In this document: positions 29,883 through 40,222 of the stretch, one piece after another
How the letters are laid out: the number at the start of each line of letters is the position of its first letter
Numbering within the stretch: position 1 is the first letter of the stretch
Assembly: GCA_964536615.1 (NCBI GenBank)
Contig: CAZHYG010000001.1
Coordinates: forward strand, 134,200-198,199
Length of the DNA stretch: 64,000 bases
Source: an uncultured Gammaproteobacteria bacterium
GTDB taxonomy: Bacteria > Patescibacteriota > Patescibacteriia > Magasanikbacterales > GWA2-37-8
Direction: 5' to 3'
Notes under the pieces: model-generated
What the model was told of the DNA's origin: nothing
Databases searched by the model: none
What the model saw: the letters and a program-made list of their open reading frames with translations, nothing else
Made by a program: the position numbers and the translations under genes

Positions 29883-31178
29883 TTATTCTTTTACCAAAGT
29901 AATGCTGGCACCCACCTTATTGAAAACTTCGTATATATGCTCATATCCCCTATCTATCACATACATATTACGGAGCACCGACCGTCCTTTTGCCGCCATC
30001 ATACAAATAAGAATATTAACTGCGGGACGCAGCGCCGGAGGACAGACAACTTCGTTTGCTTTAAAAGTAGTTGGCCCTTCTATCCAGGCGCGATGCAGAT
30101 CAAGCAAACTTACTTTAGCGCCCAATTTTTGCATTTCTAAATAATATACAGATCGATTTTCGTATGCCCAATCATGCACGAGCGTGCGCCCTTTGGCCAC
30201 AGCTAAAATAGGCGCAAACAGCGGCAGGTTATCTATATTTAACCCGGGAAATGGCCGGCCATAGATTTTATCTGGCAACGCTTTTAATTTTGATGGAAAC
30301 ACCTCAATACTTGCCATCCGATATCGCTCATGCGATTGCGAAGTAACTGTAAATTTAAGACCCATTTTTTCCAATTTACATAACTCTAGATCTAGAAAAT
30401 CCATCGGACAGTTTTTGACCGTAAGATGCGATCCGGTCACGATAGCTGCGGATAAAAATGTCATAGCCGCAATCGGATCCGGCATTACAGAATAACGCAC
30501 GCTTTTTTTCAATTCTTTTACACCCTCTATAACAAGTGTTGTTGTGCCGACACCCTCAATGCGCGCACCGGCTTCTTGTAAGAAATAGCACAGGTCTTGC
30601 ACCATATAATTTGCCGAAGCCATGCGAATCGTGGTTTTACCAGGTGCCAACACCGCCGCCATAATAGCGTTTTCTGTTGGCGTATCGCCAGATTCATACA
30701 TTACTAATTCGGCAGAACGCAAGCTGCTATTTTTCACTTCATAAAAGGACTGCTTTGAAATAACGCTCACTCCAAATTTTTCTAACGCATACAGATGAGG
30801 ACGCACGGTGCGCTCACCCAAACGACATCCACCAGATTTATATAATTTATAACTGGTGCGAAAAGAAGCTAGTGCGCCCAATAACAACAGAGAAGATCTG
30901 GTTACTTCAGAAGCATGCTTATCAATTGACTTTAAAGATACGCCTGCAGAAGTGTTAATAATTAACGTGCCAGGAACTGGTTTTTCTACAACAACCCCCA
31001 TGCTGGCAAGTAATTCTAGAATACGATTTACCTCTTCAATATCAGGCACTTCTGTTAAAGTGGTTTTACCGCGAATCATAAGAGACGCGCATAAAAGTGC
31101 CACAGCCGAATTTTTTGAAGACTGATTAACAATCTCTCCCTTTAATTTTTTACCACCATTGATAATAAGATATGACAT
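29883..31178 (-). CDS. murA: UDP-N-acetylglucosamine 1-carboxyvinyltransferase
   Basis: EPT fold. LKGEI...SKNSAVALL N-terminus. Active-site Cys context KSGGCRLGER. 431 aa. Confidence 0.92.
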   Translation of the reverse strand: MSYLIINGGKKLKGEIVNQSSKNSAVALLCASLMIRGKTTLTEVPDIEEVNRILELLASMGVVVEKPVPGTLIINTSAGVSLKSIDKHASEVTRSSLLLLGALASFRTSYKLYKSGGCRLGERTVRPHLYALEKFGVSVISKQSFYEVKNSSLRSAELVMYESGDTPTENAIMAAVLAPGKTTIRMASANYMVQDLCYFLQEAGARIEGVGTTTLVIEGVKELKKSVRYSVMPDPIAAMTFLSAAIVTGSHLTVKNCPMDFLDLELCKLEKMGLKFTVTSQSHERYRMASIEVFPSKLKALPDKIYGRPFPGLNIDNLPLFAPILAVAKGRTLVHDWAYENRSVYYLEMQKLGAKVSLLDLHRAWIEGPTTFKANEVVCPPALRPAVNILICMMAAKGRSVLRNMYVIDRGYEHIYEVFNKVGASITLVKE

Positions 31179-31280
31179 GCAAAATGGCTTAAATTAGAAT
31201 AAAAACTGCCCGGGTATTGGCTAAACCTTATTTTTACGTTAGTATTAAGTATATTATAAAAACAAGTTAGCGTCAAAAAC

Positions 31281-32633
31281 ATGGAATACCCAGGAACAAA
31301 ATTCACCAGGCCGATCAGACAGTTCATGCTTATTTTTTTTATCAGCGCTTTTTTTATTATATCCCCTCTTTTAATCATGTATACTGCCGGCTATCGGTAT
31401 GACTGGCACAACGGCTTACTAAAAGAAACCGGATCCATCAGTATTGATATAGAACCGCAAGAATCGGTTGCCTATCTCAATAATATTAGACTGCAAAAAA
31501 CATTACCGATTCGCCTTAACAACATTACACCCGCAACTTACAACACCCGCCTAAGTGCTGAAGGTTATATTGATTGGTCCAAAGAAATAGAAGTAAAAAA
31601 TAAACAAACAAACTATATCAAAGAAATACGCTTAATAAAAAAACCAAAGCTGGAGCTGGCGGTAAGCGGTGTGATAAGCGATTTTTCTATATCAGCCGAT
31701 GGCGCATACATATTATTTACAACTCAAACTGATAAAAAATTTTTTACTTGGCTATGGAATGTACGCACTCAAGAAAAAACCCAGATTACTGGATTAGACA
31801 GCAGCGCACATCTTCAATATGCATGGGATGAAAAAAATAATCTTGCTGTCATCGCCCCTACAGAACAGCCGTTTGCGCAGATATATATATTAAACGCGGA
31901 ATCTAAAAAATTATTTACCATAGACCCCGGTGTGCCAATTACAAAATTTATCTGGAATCAAACCAGTGAGCCTCAAGTGTATTACAGCACAAAAAATCAG
32001 ATTTTTTTATACACCCCGACCACCAATAAATCACAGCTGGTTACCGCAAATACATATTTAGACTGGTCTATGGAAGCAAACGAATTGTGGACTTTGCAAT
32101 TTGCAACCAATACCGATACATATATAATCACCAAAGATATTTTGGGTTTTCCTACCACCATTCAAACTGTCAACAAAACTTATTTTACTACCAACGACCA
32201 GCCAAACAGCAATAAGCCGGCTCTTTTAAAAGTCAAAGGAAATACAGCGCTCATTGGCAATCTATATGGAAAAAAAGCCATACTCGCCAACCAAAATGGC
32301 CTGCATCCAATTGATACGACAAATTTCTTTGTTTCACCATATAATAACTGGTGGTTACTATGGTCGCAATGGGAATTATGGACATATAGTGATGGAGAAG
32401 AACCTCAGCTACTAAGCAGATCGGGCGAACAGCTACGCAGTGTTTTGCCACTAGATCAGTATAACACGCTCGCTCTTATATGGAACCAGCGAAGCACGAT
32501 TTTATTTCCATACTATCTGGTAAGCCATGAACTTATTGCCGAACAAATACATACGGTACACGCAGATACAAAAAATAAAACATTATATTTTACAAGCAAA
32601 ACCAAAGATGGAATTTGGAAAACCAGTTACTAA
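31281..32633 (+). CDS. PEGA-domain membrane-anchored protein with C-terminal beta-rich region
   Basis: N-terminal TM helix. PEGA-like segment (IDIEPQESVAYLNNIRL...ATYNTRLSAEGYIDW). W/Y-rich repeats at the C-terminus. 450 aa. Confidence 0.55.
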   Translation: MEYPGTKFTRPIRQFMLIFFISAFFIISPLLIMYTAGYRYDWHNGLLKETGSISIDIEPQESVAYLNNIRLQKTLPIRLNNITPATYNTRLSAEGYIDWSKEIEVKNKQTNYIKEIRLIKKPKLELAVSGVISDFSISADGAYILFTTQTDKKFFTWLWNVRTQEKTQITGLDSSAHLQYAWDEKNNLAVIAPTEQPFAQIYILNAESKKLFTIDPGVPITKFIWNQTSEPQVYYSTKNQIFLYTPTTNKSQLVTANTYLDWSMEANELWTLQFATNTDTYIITKDILGFPTTIQTVNKTYFTTNDQPNSNKPALLKVKGNTALIGNLYGKKAILANQNGLHPIDTTNFFVSPYNNWWLLWSQWELWTYSDGEEPQLLSRSGEQLRSVLPLDQYNTLALIWNQRSTILFPYYLVSHELIAEQIHTVHADTKNKTLYFTSKTKDGIWKTSY

Positions 32634-32644
32634 CGAATTGCATT

Positions 32645-33046
32645 ATGAAACTTATCACCTATACTGACGGTGGCGCGCGCGGCAATCCAGGACCCGCAGC
32701 GCTAGGCGTAGTCATCAAAAATGAAACTGGCGCTACGGTTGCCGGATACGGCATATACCTGGGCGAACAGACAAATAACTTTGCTGAATATTCGGCTTTA
32801 ATTTCCGCTCTGGAAAAAGCCAAAGAACTTGGCGCTACAGAGGTACACTGTATTTTGGACAGCGAATTAGTAACCAAACAAATGAACAGGCAATACAAAG
32901 TCAGGGATCCCGGTTTACAAAAACTATTCATTAAAGCATACAACGCGGCTCAGCAATTTAAAAAAGTAACATTTACACACACGTTGCGAGCTAACAACAA
33001 AGAAGCTGATGCGTGGGTAAATGATGCGCTGGATAAACGACTTTAA
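32645..33046 (+). CDS. rnhA: Ribonuclease HI
   Basis: MKLITYTDGGARGNPGPAALGVVI and the DSELV...D catalytic residues. Start moved to MKLITY. The ORF track begins at 32615. Confidence 0.88.
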   Translation: MKLITYTDGGARGNPGPAALGVVIKNETGATVAGYGIYLGEQTNNFAEYSALISALEKAKELGATEVHCILDSELVTKQMNRQYKVRDPGLQKLFIKAYNAAQQFKKVTFTHTLRANNKEADAWVNDALDKRL

Positions 33047-33049
33047 TTA

Positions 33050-33079
33050 TAAAACCGCCCTTACGATAAAAGGCGGTTT
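33050..33079. terminator. Bidirectional intrinsic terminator between rnhA and the secreted-protein gene
   Basis: AAAACCGCC...GGCGGTTTT inverted repeat flanked by A and T runs. Confidence 0.65.
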
Positions 33080-33099
33080 TATATTTAGGATAAAGATTT

Positions 33100-33855
33100 T
33101 TACTGCGCTTCTGCAACTGCTCTTTTAGCAATTACCACCGCGCGAGCATCAACAGTTTTAGAGTTTAAGTTTACAATACCTTCCACGCGAACTGCATCAC
33201 CTACCACAAGGCTTGAAAATACCACGTCGCCTGCACCTTTTAAGGTAAGCTTTGTATTACTGTTTGTTTTAACAGTTAAAGTTCTCTTCTCCTGTTTCAA
33301 AACAAATGTTCCATTGGCAGCGTCAATACTTTCAACAGTACCCTTCCTGTTTAAAATAACATACAGCGAATTATCTTTTACAACTTTTGCTTCAATTACG
33401 CCTTCTTTTGTATATTTAGCTACAACACGAACTTCATCACCAACAGCCATTTCGGAAGCTTTCATTTTACCGCCATAAGCTCGCAACAAAGTTGTTTTTA
33501 CCGTAAGCGTAACCACTAAGTCTTTTTCTTTTTCTGGATATGCAGCGGTGGAGGTTGGCCAGTGTTTTGGAGTTCCTGGCAACACCTTAGTTACGTGTAT
33601 AGTTAATTTTCCAGTTGAAGATGTGGTGGTGGTTAAATCTACCGCAGTCACCGTACCAGCAACGGTAAAGGCGCGAGGCGCTATTTTTAAAGCCTTCTCT
33701 AACTTTTCTTTAGCTTCATCACGACGCTCTTCACGCATCTCTTTTTTAACTTCAAATTTTTCCTTGCCTCTATTTTCTTCTTCTCTGGCAAATGCCGGAG
33801 CAAAAGAACCAAACGCCATAACGGCTACCAGTGTTAAGATTATGTATTTTTTCAT
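33100..33855 (-). CDS. Secreted beta-rich repeat protein (DUF5666-like), module 1 cargo
   Basis: Signal peptide MKKYIILTLVAVMAFGSFAPAFA. Repeated GTV..VD...GTF..VGD.V.V segments. 251 aa. Confidence 0.5.
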   Translation of the reverse strand: MKKYIILTLVAVMAFGSFAPAFAREEENRGKEKFEVKKEMREERRDEAKEKLEKALKIAPRAFTVAGTVTAVDLTTTTSSTGKLTIHVTKVLPGTPKHWPTSTAAYPEKEKDLVVTLTVKTTLLRAYGGKMKASEMAVGDEVRVVAKYTKEGVIEAKVVKDNSLYVILNRKGTVESIDAANGTFVLKQEKRTLTVKTNSNTKLTLKGAGDVVFSSLVVGDAVRVEGIVNLNSKTVDARAVVIAKRAVAEAQ

Positions 33856-33951
33856 ATTTTATATTTAACTTTAATGAATAAATTAATTATTAATAACACT
33901 GTTATCGACCCTCTTAGCTCGAACAAATATTCGAGATAAACAGCAATTTGT

Positions 33952-34674
33952 TTAATTATTCTTCAAATACGTGCTCGGATTTTTTTCTTGCAGTTCTTCC
34001 AAGCGTTTTTTTCTTTCTTCAAGCCGCTTTTCAATTTTTGCTCTAATTTCTTTTTGGCGTTCAGTATTTTTTTCAGCAAGCTCTTCCATCAATTCTCTCG
34101 CTTTTTCTAATTTTTTTTCGGTATTATCAATACTGCGATTGATTTTTCTTACTTGCTCGCCTTCGTCGTTATTATCAATGTCGCGCGCCTGTTTGCGAGC
34201 TGTTTCCAGCTTCCGCTTTAGCACATCGCCTGTTTTCTCGTCCATATCTGTGGTAGTAGCCACCTGAATAGCTTCGTCTTTTTCTTCCAGCGCCACAGGC
34301 TTCTTTTTCTTTAAGACTAATCGTTCTTTTTCTCGGCGTTCAATTTGCTTCAGGTAAAACGCCGCTTTAGATTCCGGGGTAAATTTAGTGGCTTCTTCTA
34401 CGCGCTCCATAGCTTCTTTAACCGGAAATAATACGCTCCCTTCGGTTACCTCTGGACTGGCATACGCATATGCACCGCTACTGGTAGCCAGAATAACCAC
34501 CAAAAGAGCACTGGCCGCTATACGATGTACGAGTACAGCTTGGTACCATGGTGTTTTGCCAAAAGAACCATCCCAAGCAGACATTAAATCTGCACGTAGC
34601 TGTTTTTTAAATACAGAATCGGGCTTAACAGATCTTTTTAGTTTAAATAAGTTGTATTTTATTTTAAAACTCAT
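33952..34674 (-). CDS. Membrane-anchored anti-sigma-factor-like protein (DUF5667-like), module 1
   Basis: Overlaps the upstream ECF sigma gene by 4 nt. Short cytoplasmic N-terminus, one TM helix, then a coiled-coil periplasmic region. Paralogous to the 53686..55041 product. Confidence 0.55.
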   Translation of the reverse strand: MSFKIKYNLFKLKRSVKPDSVFKKQLRADLMSAWDGSFGKTPWYQAVLVHRIAASALLVVILATSSGAYAYASPEVTEGSVLFPVKEAMERVEEATKFTPESKAAFYLKQIERREKERLVLKKKKPVALEEKDEAIQVATTTDMDEKTGDVLKRKLETARKQARDIDNNDEGEQVRKINRSIDNTEKKLEKARELMEELAEKNTERQKEIRAKIEKRLEERKKRLEELQEKNPSTYLKNN

Positions 34675-35180
34675 ATACGTGATGACATTTTTTTGACAGC
34701 TCGATGCGCCGCCACTTTTACTGCCGATTCAGTCATCTGCTTCATTTCGGCAATCTCTGCATAACTATACCCATAAATATAGTGAAAGGTTACAATCTCT
34801 CGACTAGACTCGTCCAGCTCATCCAAAAACTCCTGCACAAAACGGGCGTTTTCATTCTTTTTAAATACATTTTTAGCAGAAATTAGCCAAAAAGAGTCGA
34901 GCACCTCACCGTCCTCATCCTGGGGTAAATCCGCAACAGGTTTAGTATCGCGGTAATAGTTAATAACATGATTTTTAGCAATTGTCATCAGCCATGCGGA
35001 TTTACTAACCGTCTCATCATAATCCGCAAAGTTTTTAAGCGCTTTCATAAATATCTCCGAAACTAAATCTTGCGCCAATTCTTTATCGCAATTAACGCGA
35101 AAAAAAACAAAGCGATACACTTTGTCTATATGATCGAGATAAAACCGCTCAAAAGCTTGTTTTGTATGTTTGTTAGACAT
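34671..35180 (-). CDS. ECF-type RNA polymerase sigma-70 factor, module 1
   Basis: Sigma70 region 2 (DLVSEIFMKALKNFADY...WLMTIAKNHVINYYR) and region 4 HTH (YSYAEIAEMKQMTESAVKVAAHRAVKK). 169 aa. Confidence 0.85.
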   Translation of the reverse strand: MSNKHTKQAFERFYLDHIDKVYRFVFFRVNCDKELAQDLVSEIFMKALKNFADYDETVSKSAWLMTIAKNHVINYYRDTKPVADLPQDEDGEVLDSFWLISAKNVFKKNENARFVQEFLDELDESSREIVTFHYIYGYSYAEIAEMKQMTESAVKVAAHRAVKKMSSRI

Positions 35181-35189
35181 GAATACGGG

Positions 35190-36263
35190 CTAAAGCTCCG
35201 TTCGCAATTCTTCTAGGCGTTTTCTAGTGTCTTTATGTATCTTTTTAGGAACTCTGATTTTTATTTTAACATAATGATCTCCACGATTACCACCTCCTAG
35301 TTTATTCATGCCTTTATGCTTAATACGAATCAACTGCCCCGATTCAACACCTTCTGGCACAACCAATGTCACTAACTCATCAAGAGTTTGCACTTGAATT
35401 TTATCTCCCAATACTGCCTGTACAAAACTAATTTCCTGTTCTGTGTACACATCTGAACCGTCTCGCGAAAAACCGGATAACGGTTTTACACGCACGCGCA
35501 CATACAGACTACCGGGTACACCGCCAAACGGAGCTGCCTCACCATAGCCATCTAAACGAATAGACTGACCACTTTCTATTCCGCCTGGTATTTTAATTTT
35601 AATATTTGAATTGCTTTGTATTACTCCAGAACCATGGCAATGCTTGCATTTTTTTGCAGGTTTTTCTCCTCTACCCTGGCACGCATCACAAGGAGCCGCG
35701 GCTTGCATCGCGCCCAAAAAAGTGTGCTGTATTTTAGTTACCTGTCCGCGACCGTTACATGTAGAGCATTTTTCCATTTTTGAACCTGGTTCTGCTCCAG
35801 ATCCATGACAAATATCACATGCGTTCTGCTTGCGCAGTGTAATTTCTTTTTCCGCGCCAAATGCAGCTTCTTTAAAATCTATTTCTACATCTACCTGAAT
35901 GTCTTGTCCGCGATTTTGGCGATGCCCCCCTCGACCGCCGCCAAATAAATCACCGAAAATATCACCAAAATCTCCTCCGGCAAAACCACCGCCCCTGAAC
36001 GCACTCATAACATCTTCCCAACCAGCCCCATTGCTAAAACCGCCCTGCTGTTCAAAATCAGAGCCAAACTGGTCATAACGCTGTCGTTTTTCCGCATCAC
36101 TTAGGACTTGATATGCTTCATTTATCTCTTTAAACTTCGCCTCATCTCCGCCTGGTCGGTCTGGATGGTGCTGCATGGCTGCTTTTTTAAAGGCTTTTTT
36201 TATTTCATCGGCAGAAGCATTTTTTTCTACACCGAGAATTTTGTAATAATCTTTGTTGGCCAT
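35190..36263 (-). CDS. dnaJ: Chaperone DnaJ
   Basis: J domain (KDYYKILGV...HPDR), G/F region, four CxxCxGxG zinc repeats and C-terminal domains. Start at MANKDYY. The ORF track extends to 36293. Confidence 0.93.
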   Translation of the reverse strand: MANKDYYKILGVEKNASADEIKKAFKKAAMQHHPDRPGGDEAKFKEINEAYQVLSDAEKRQRYDQFGSDFEQQGGFSNGAGWEDVMSAFRGGGFAGGDFGDIFGDLFGGGRGGHRQNRGQDIQVDVEIDFKEAAFGAEKEITLRKQNACDICHGSGAEPGSKMEKCSTCNGRGQVTKIQHTFLGAMQAAAPCDACQGRGEKPAKKCKHCHGSGVIQSNSNIKIKIPGGIESGQSIRLDGYGEAAPFGGVPGSLYVRVRVKPLSGFSRDGSDVYTEQEISFVQAVLGDKIQVQTLDELVTLVVPEGVESGQLIRIKHKGMNKLGGGNRGDHYVKIKIRVPKKIHKDTRKRLEELRTEL

Positions 36264-36273
36264 AATTCTAAAT

Positions 36274-36744
36274 TTAAGCTCCTCCCAAAACAAGTTTCGA
36301 AATTTCTTTTATTCTGTCTTGCAAATTTTGTACTGCAATTTTTTTACCTTTTTCATCAAATTTAACATGTGCATTATACACTTTTTGTGCTGGATTTTTA
36401 TTATTCAACCAAGCTCCAAAATAAATCTTTGATTCTTTGCCTGTTGCTTTGGCATGCGCAATAGATAGCTGGACTTTTTGATCAAGCTCCTTACAACACT
36501 GAAATAATACATCCAACTCAGCCTTAACAGCACCACTGTCTAATTCTTTGCTACGTATTTGCTGAATTTCACGAAAAATACTTTTAAACTGCCCCCAAAT
36601 CAGCAGGTCTTCCTCATCTAATTGAGCAGTATCGCGCACGCTTGCAGCCGTTGCATCTGTTTCTCTAATTTTTTCAATAATACTTTTAATTTCCATCCGA
36701 AAAGACTCTAGCCTAGCAGTTTCTGATTCATAATGCTCTGACAT
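36274..36744 (-). CDS. Hypothetical alpha-helical protein inserted between dnaK and dnaJ
   Basis: 156 aa, no known family. Weak similarity to the adjacent 147-aa ORF (shared FRxEI and KxxGKxxxIAQ segments). 10-bp spacer to dnaJ implies co-transcription. Confidence 0.45.
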   Translation of the reverse strand: MSEHYESETARLESFRMEIKSIIEKIRETDATAASVRDTAQLDEEDLLIWGQFKSIFREIQQIRSKELDSGAVKAELDVLFQCCKELDQKVQLSIAHAKATGKESKIYFGAWLNNKNPAQKVYNAHVKFDEKGKKIAVQNLQDRIKEISKLVLGGA

Positions 36745-36756
36745 AATAAAAACTAA

Positions 36757-37200
36757 TTATAACACGCCAAATGTTTCTAACTGCTGCGCTAAATCTTGTT
36801 TAGTTTCAGCAAAATTACTGCGATCATCAATACTCTCTAAACTATAAGCAAGCGTACTTAAGACATTGACTATCCAATTTGAAAAAATATGCCTGCTGTT
36901 TAATACATCACCCGGATCATTTGAAAAAATATCTTCTAGATCGCGCTTAACCTTTAAGTGATATTCCTCGCTATTTTTAATATCAGAAAAATTATCTGCA
37001 TCTTTTACGGTATTATAAAAATTTTTAATAATCTCCTTACTTCTTTCCCACATCTGCATTTCTTTTAACCCTAATTCATTTACATCTACTTGAGCAATTG
37101 TTCCATCTTTACCATGTAATTTATCTTTTAAAGCTTGTATTTCCGCCCTAAACGGGCGCAGCACAGCCTCTTTACCAACCTCAATCGCTGATTCTTTCAT
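36757..37200 (-). CDS. Hypothetical alpha-helical protein inserted between dnaK and dnaJ
   Basis: 147 aa, no known family. Probable paralogue of 36274..36744. Confidence 0.45.
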   Translation of the reverse strand: MKESAIEVGKEAVLRPFRAEIQALKDKLHGKDGTIAQVDVNELGLKEMQMWERSKEIIKNFYNTVKDADNFSDIKNSEEYHLKVKRDLEDIFSNDPGDVLNSRHIFSNWIVNVLSTLAYSLESIDDRSNFAETKQDLAQQLETFGVL

Positions 37201-37217
37201 AGAATAAAGACAGGATA

Positions 37218-37241
37218 ACCCGCCCCTATTACGGGGCGGGT
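37218..37241 (-). terminator. GC-rich hairpin immediately after dnaK (possible intra-operon attenuator)
   Basis: ACCCGCCCC-tattac-GGGGCGGGT is a perfect 9-bp GC stem. The U-tract on the minus strand is interrupted (UAUCCUGUCUUU). Confidence 0.4.
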
Positions 37242-37254
37242 TGCTAAATTATAA

Positions 37255-39156
37255 TTATTTTACCACTTCGCCTTCAATCGGGCCTTGTTCATCTTTTTTT
37301 TCTTCTCCACCCGAAGCCGCAGCGTCAGCGCCTGGCTGGCCAGCCTGTCCGGCTTGGTACATTTTAGCGCCAACTGCCTGAGCAACTTTGGATAGCTCTT
37401 CTGATGTTTTTTTAATCGCCTCTACGTCATCTTTATCTTTAACTTCTTTTACCGCTTTTAAGGCGTCATTAATTTTATTTTTTTCATCGTCAGTAACTGC
37501 CACTTTTTTCTCTTCTACTTCTTTCATCATTTTTTCAGTGGTATATACCATGGTATCGGCAATATTACGTGCCTCAATAAGCTCCTGTTTCTTTTTGTCT
37601 TCAGTCGCATGCACCTCTGCGTCTTGTTTCATTTTTTCCACTTCTTCTTTAGATAAACCAGTAGACGCTTCAATACGAATTGACTGTTCCTTATTGGTTG
37701 CCTTATCTTTAGCCTTCACATTTAAAATACCGTTAGCGTCAATATCAAAAGTTACTTCTACCTGTGGCACGCCGCGCGGAGCCGGTGGAATACCATCCAA
37801 AATAAATCGGCCGAGTGTTTTGTTGTCAGCGGCCATAGGGCGCTCGCCTTGCAACACATTAATTTCTACCGCTGGCTGATTGTCCGCTGCTGTAGAAAAT
37901 ACTTGGCTCTTAGAAGTTGGAATAGTGGTATTGCGTTCAATAAGCTTGGTCATTACCCCACCCATAGTTTCAAGACCAAATGATAGCGGAATAACATCAA
38001 GCAACAACACATCATGCACCTCACCTTTGAGCACACCCGCTTGCACAGCCGCACCAATAGCCACCACCTCATCCGGATTCACACTAATATTTGGTTTTTT
38101 GTTGAAAAACTTTTCTACAATTTGCAACACAAGCGGCATGCGAGTCATACCACCAACCATTACAACTTCATGCAAATCATTAGCTGATAATTTTGCATCT
38201 TCCAACGCCTTGCGAACTGGCACCAGTGTTTTCTCCACCAAATCACCAACCAACTCTTCCAATTTAGCGCGTGTTAATTTCATTACCAAGTGTTTTGGTC
38301 CGGAAGAATCAGAGGTAATAAACGGCTGATTAACTTCGGTTTCTTGAGCGGTAGAAAGCTCAATTTTGGCTTTTTCCGCGGCCTCTTTAATGCGCTGCAA
38401 TGCCAACGGATCTTTGCTCAAATCAATACCCTGGTCTTTTTTAAATTCTTCCAAAATCCATGAGATTATTTTTTGGTCAAAATCATCGCCGCCCAAATGA
38501 GTGTCGCCATTAGTGGATAATACCTGAACTGTATCGGCGCTAACTTCCAAAATAGAAATATCAAAGGTACCACCGCCCAAATCGTAGACTGCAATCTTTT
38601 GATCTTTTTTCTTATCAAAACCATATGCCAATGCGGCTGCGGTTGGTTCGTTAATAATACGCAATACATTTAAGCCTGCGATAGTGCCTGCGTCTTTAGT
38701 AGCCTGTCTTTGCGAATCATCAAAATATGCCGGCACAGTAATAACGGCTTCAGTGATTTTTTCTCCTAATTTTTCTTCTGCATCGCTTTTTAACTTTTGC
38801 AATACCATGGCAGAAATTTCTTGAGGGGTATATTCTTTGCCCTGCATTTCAATTTTTACCTTGTCATCACTTTTGATAATTTTAAACGGCAATAACGACA
38901 AATCGCGCTGCACTTCAGCATCTTCAAAACGGCGGCCAATAAGGCGCTTCACTGAATACAAAGTATTTTGCGGGTTAGTTACGGCTTGGCGCTTAGCCAA
39001 TTGACCTACTAATCGCTCACCTGCTTTAGACATTGCAACAATGGAAGGAGTGGTGCGATTACCTTCTTTATTTTCTAACACTTTTGGCTGCCCACCTTCG
39101 ATGACTGCGACACAGCTGTTGGTGGTACCAAGATCAATTCCGAGAACTTTAGACAT
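37255..39156 (-). CDS. dnaK: Chaperone DnaK (Hsp70)
   Basis: [26 protein letters not shown] and IVLVGG signatures, plus substrate-binding and lid domains. 633 aa. Confidence 0.96.
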   Translation of the reverse strand: MSKVLGIDLGTTNSCVAVIEGGQPKVLENKEGNRTTPSIVAMSKAGERLVGQLAKRQAVTNPQNTLYSVKRLIGRRFEDAEVQRDLSLLPFKIIKSDDKVKIEMQGKEYTPQEISAMVLQKLKSDAEEKLGEKITEAVITVPAYFDDSQRQATKDAGTIAGLNVLRIINEPTAAALAYGFDKKKDQKIAVYDLGGGTFDISILEVSADTVQVLSTNGDTHLGGDDFDQKIISWILEEFKKDQGIDLSKDPLALQRIKEAAEKAKIELSTAQETEVNQPFITSDSSGPKHLVMKLTRAKLEELVGDLVEKTLVPVRKALEDAKLSANDLHEVVMVGGMTRMPLVLQIVEKFFNKKPNISVNPDEVVAIGAAVQAGVLKGEVHDVLLLDVIPLSFGLETMGGVMTKLIERNTTIPTSKSQVFSTAADNQPAVEINVLQGERPMAADNKTLGRFILDGIPPAPRGVPQVEVTFDIDANGILNVKAKDKATNKEQSIRIEASTGLSKEEVEKMKQDAEVHATEDKKKQELIEARNIADTMVYTTEKMMKEVEEKKVAVTDDEKNKINDALKAVKEVKDKDDVEAIKKTSEELSKVAQAVGAKMYQAGQAGQPGADAAASGGEEKKDEQGPIEGEVVK

Positions 39157-39210
39157 ATGAATGAATTTAAATTAAACTTATTTAAAACAAATAGGATTAT
39201 TTATGAGTAA

Positions 39211-40218
39211 TTAAATACCCTCTAACAGACTAATTGAATTAGGATCTCTTAACAGAGTTTCTAAAGCTTTTTTGTAATCATGCATTTTACGCTCTTTTCT
39301 TCTAGCTCCGGAATTATAATCTTCTAGCAAGCCGCGGACCGTGTCTAAACTTACATGTTTTTCCTGTAATAACGAAAGCAGGGCTTTTTGATCTTCCAGA
39401 CTTTCGTCTATCATATCTTCCACATCATAGAATGGCTCATAAACGCTCTGCTCATCAATAACAGCCTGTACTTTATTTTTCAAATCTTGAGATGCAGATT
39501 TGCTTGTCTGATACCGCTTACCAACTTCCGCAATTAAATACGGATTTATTCCGCCGCTTCTAACCATTTTCAAAATTTCTTTTGGTGATTTTGAATTTAA
39601 AATATACGCAATCTTCCTCAGTACATAGTATGAACGGGGCGAATCATTATTAAGAGAAACATGTTCGCTTAAATTATAATCTAACTTATCTATCGCCCTA
39701 AGGACTTCAACTATTTTGAAAAAATTAGAATTATTCTTATACGCTTTATTCTGCGCATATCTTTCCAGCAAACGGAGTAAAACCGTATAATTAATAACAC
39801 CTTGAGTATCAGCAGAGCGAGTTTTATCTATCCTACCACCAACTAACGCAACCAAATCTTTTGCGCTCGTATCTTTCACGATAGCCTCGACATCATTTAA
39901 AACTTTATCAAATGTTGGGTGTAAATCATCTACAGATGAAGCAAAGTCACTGGCTGTCAAACCAGCACCCTCCCCACCCAAAGTACGCTGCACACTTGGA
40001 AAACCAAAACTTAGTTCTACAGCTCCAGCACTTTCGCTAGACGACTGATCAGCAACTTGATTTTCATCAATCACTACAGTGGTGCGCCCATCTTCGGAAT
40101 CAAAGGCAATATCCCTACTAACTTGCTCTGGACTTTCAGGAGACTGTAAGCGATCAAATGCTTCTTCAATATCATGCTCATCAGGCAATTCACCTGATAA
40201 CGGTCTGCGCTCACTCAT
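39211..40218 (-). CDS. Hypothetical protein inserted between grpE and dnaK (acidic disordered N-terminus, helical C-terminal half)
   Basis: 335 aa with no recognisable domain. Spacers of 4 bp to grpE and 54 bp to dnaK imply it is in the operon. Confidence 0.45.
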   Translation of the reverse strand: MSERRPLSGELPDEHDIEEAFDRLQSPESPEQVSRDIAFDSEDGRTTVVIDENQVADQSSSESAGAVELSFGFPSVQRTLGGEGAGLTASDFASSVDDLHPTFDKVLNDVEAIVKDTSAKDLVALVGGRIDKTRSADTQGVINYTVLLRLLERYAQNKAYKNNSNFFKIVEVLRAIDKLDYNLSEHVSLNNDSPRSYYVLRKIAYILNSKSPKEILKMVRSGGINPYLIAEVGKRYQTSKSASQDLKNKVQAVIDEQSVYEPFYDVEDMIDESLEDQKALLSLLQEKHVSLDTVRGLLEDYNSGARRKERKMHDYKKALETLLRDPNSISLLEGI

Positions 40219-40222
40219 ATAA

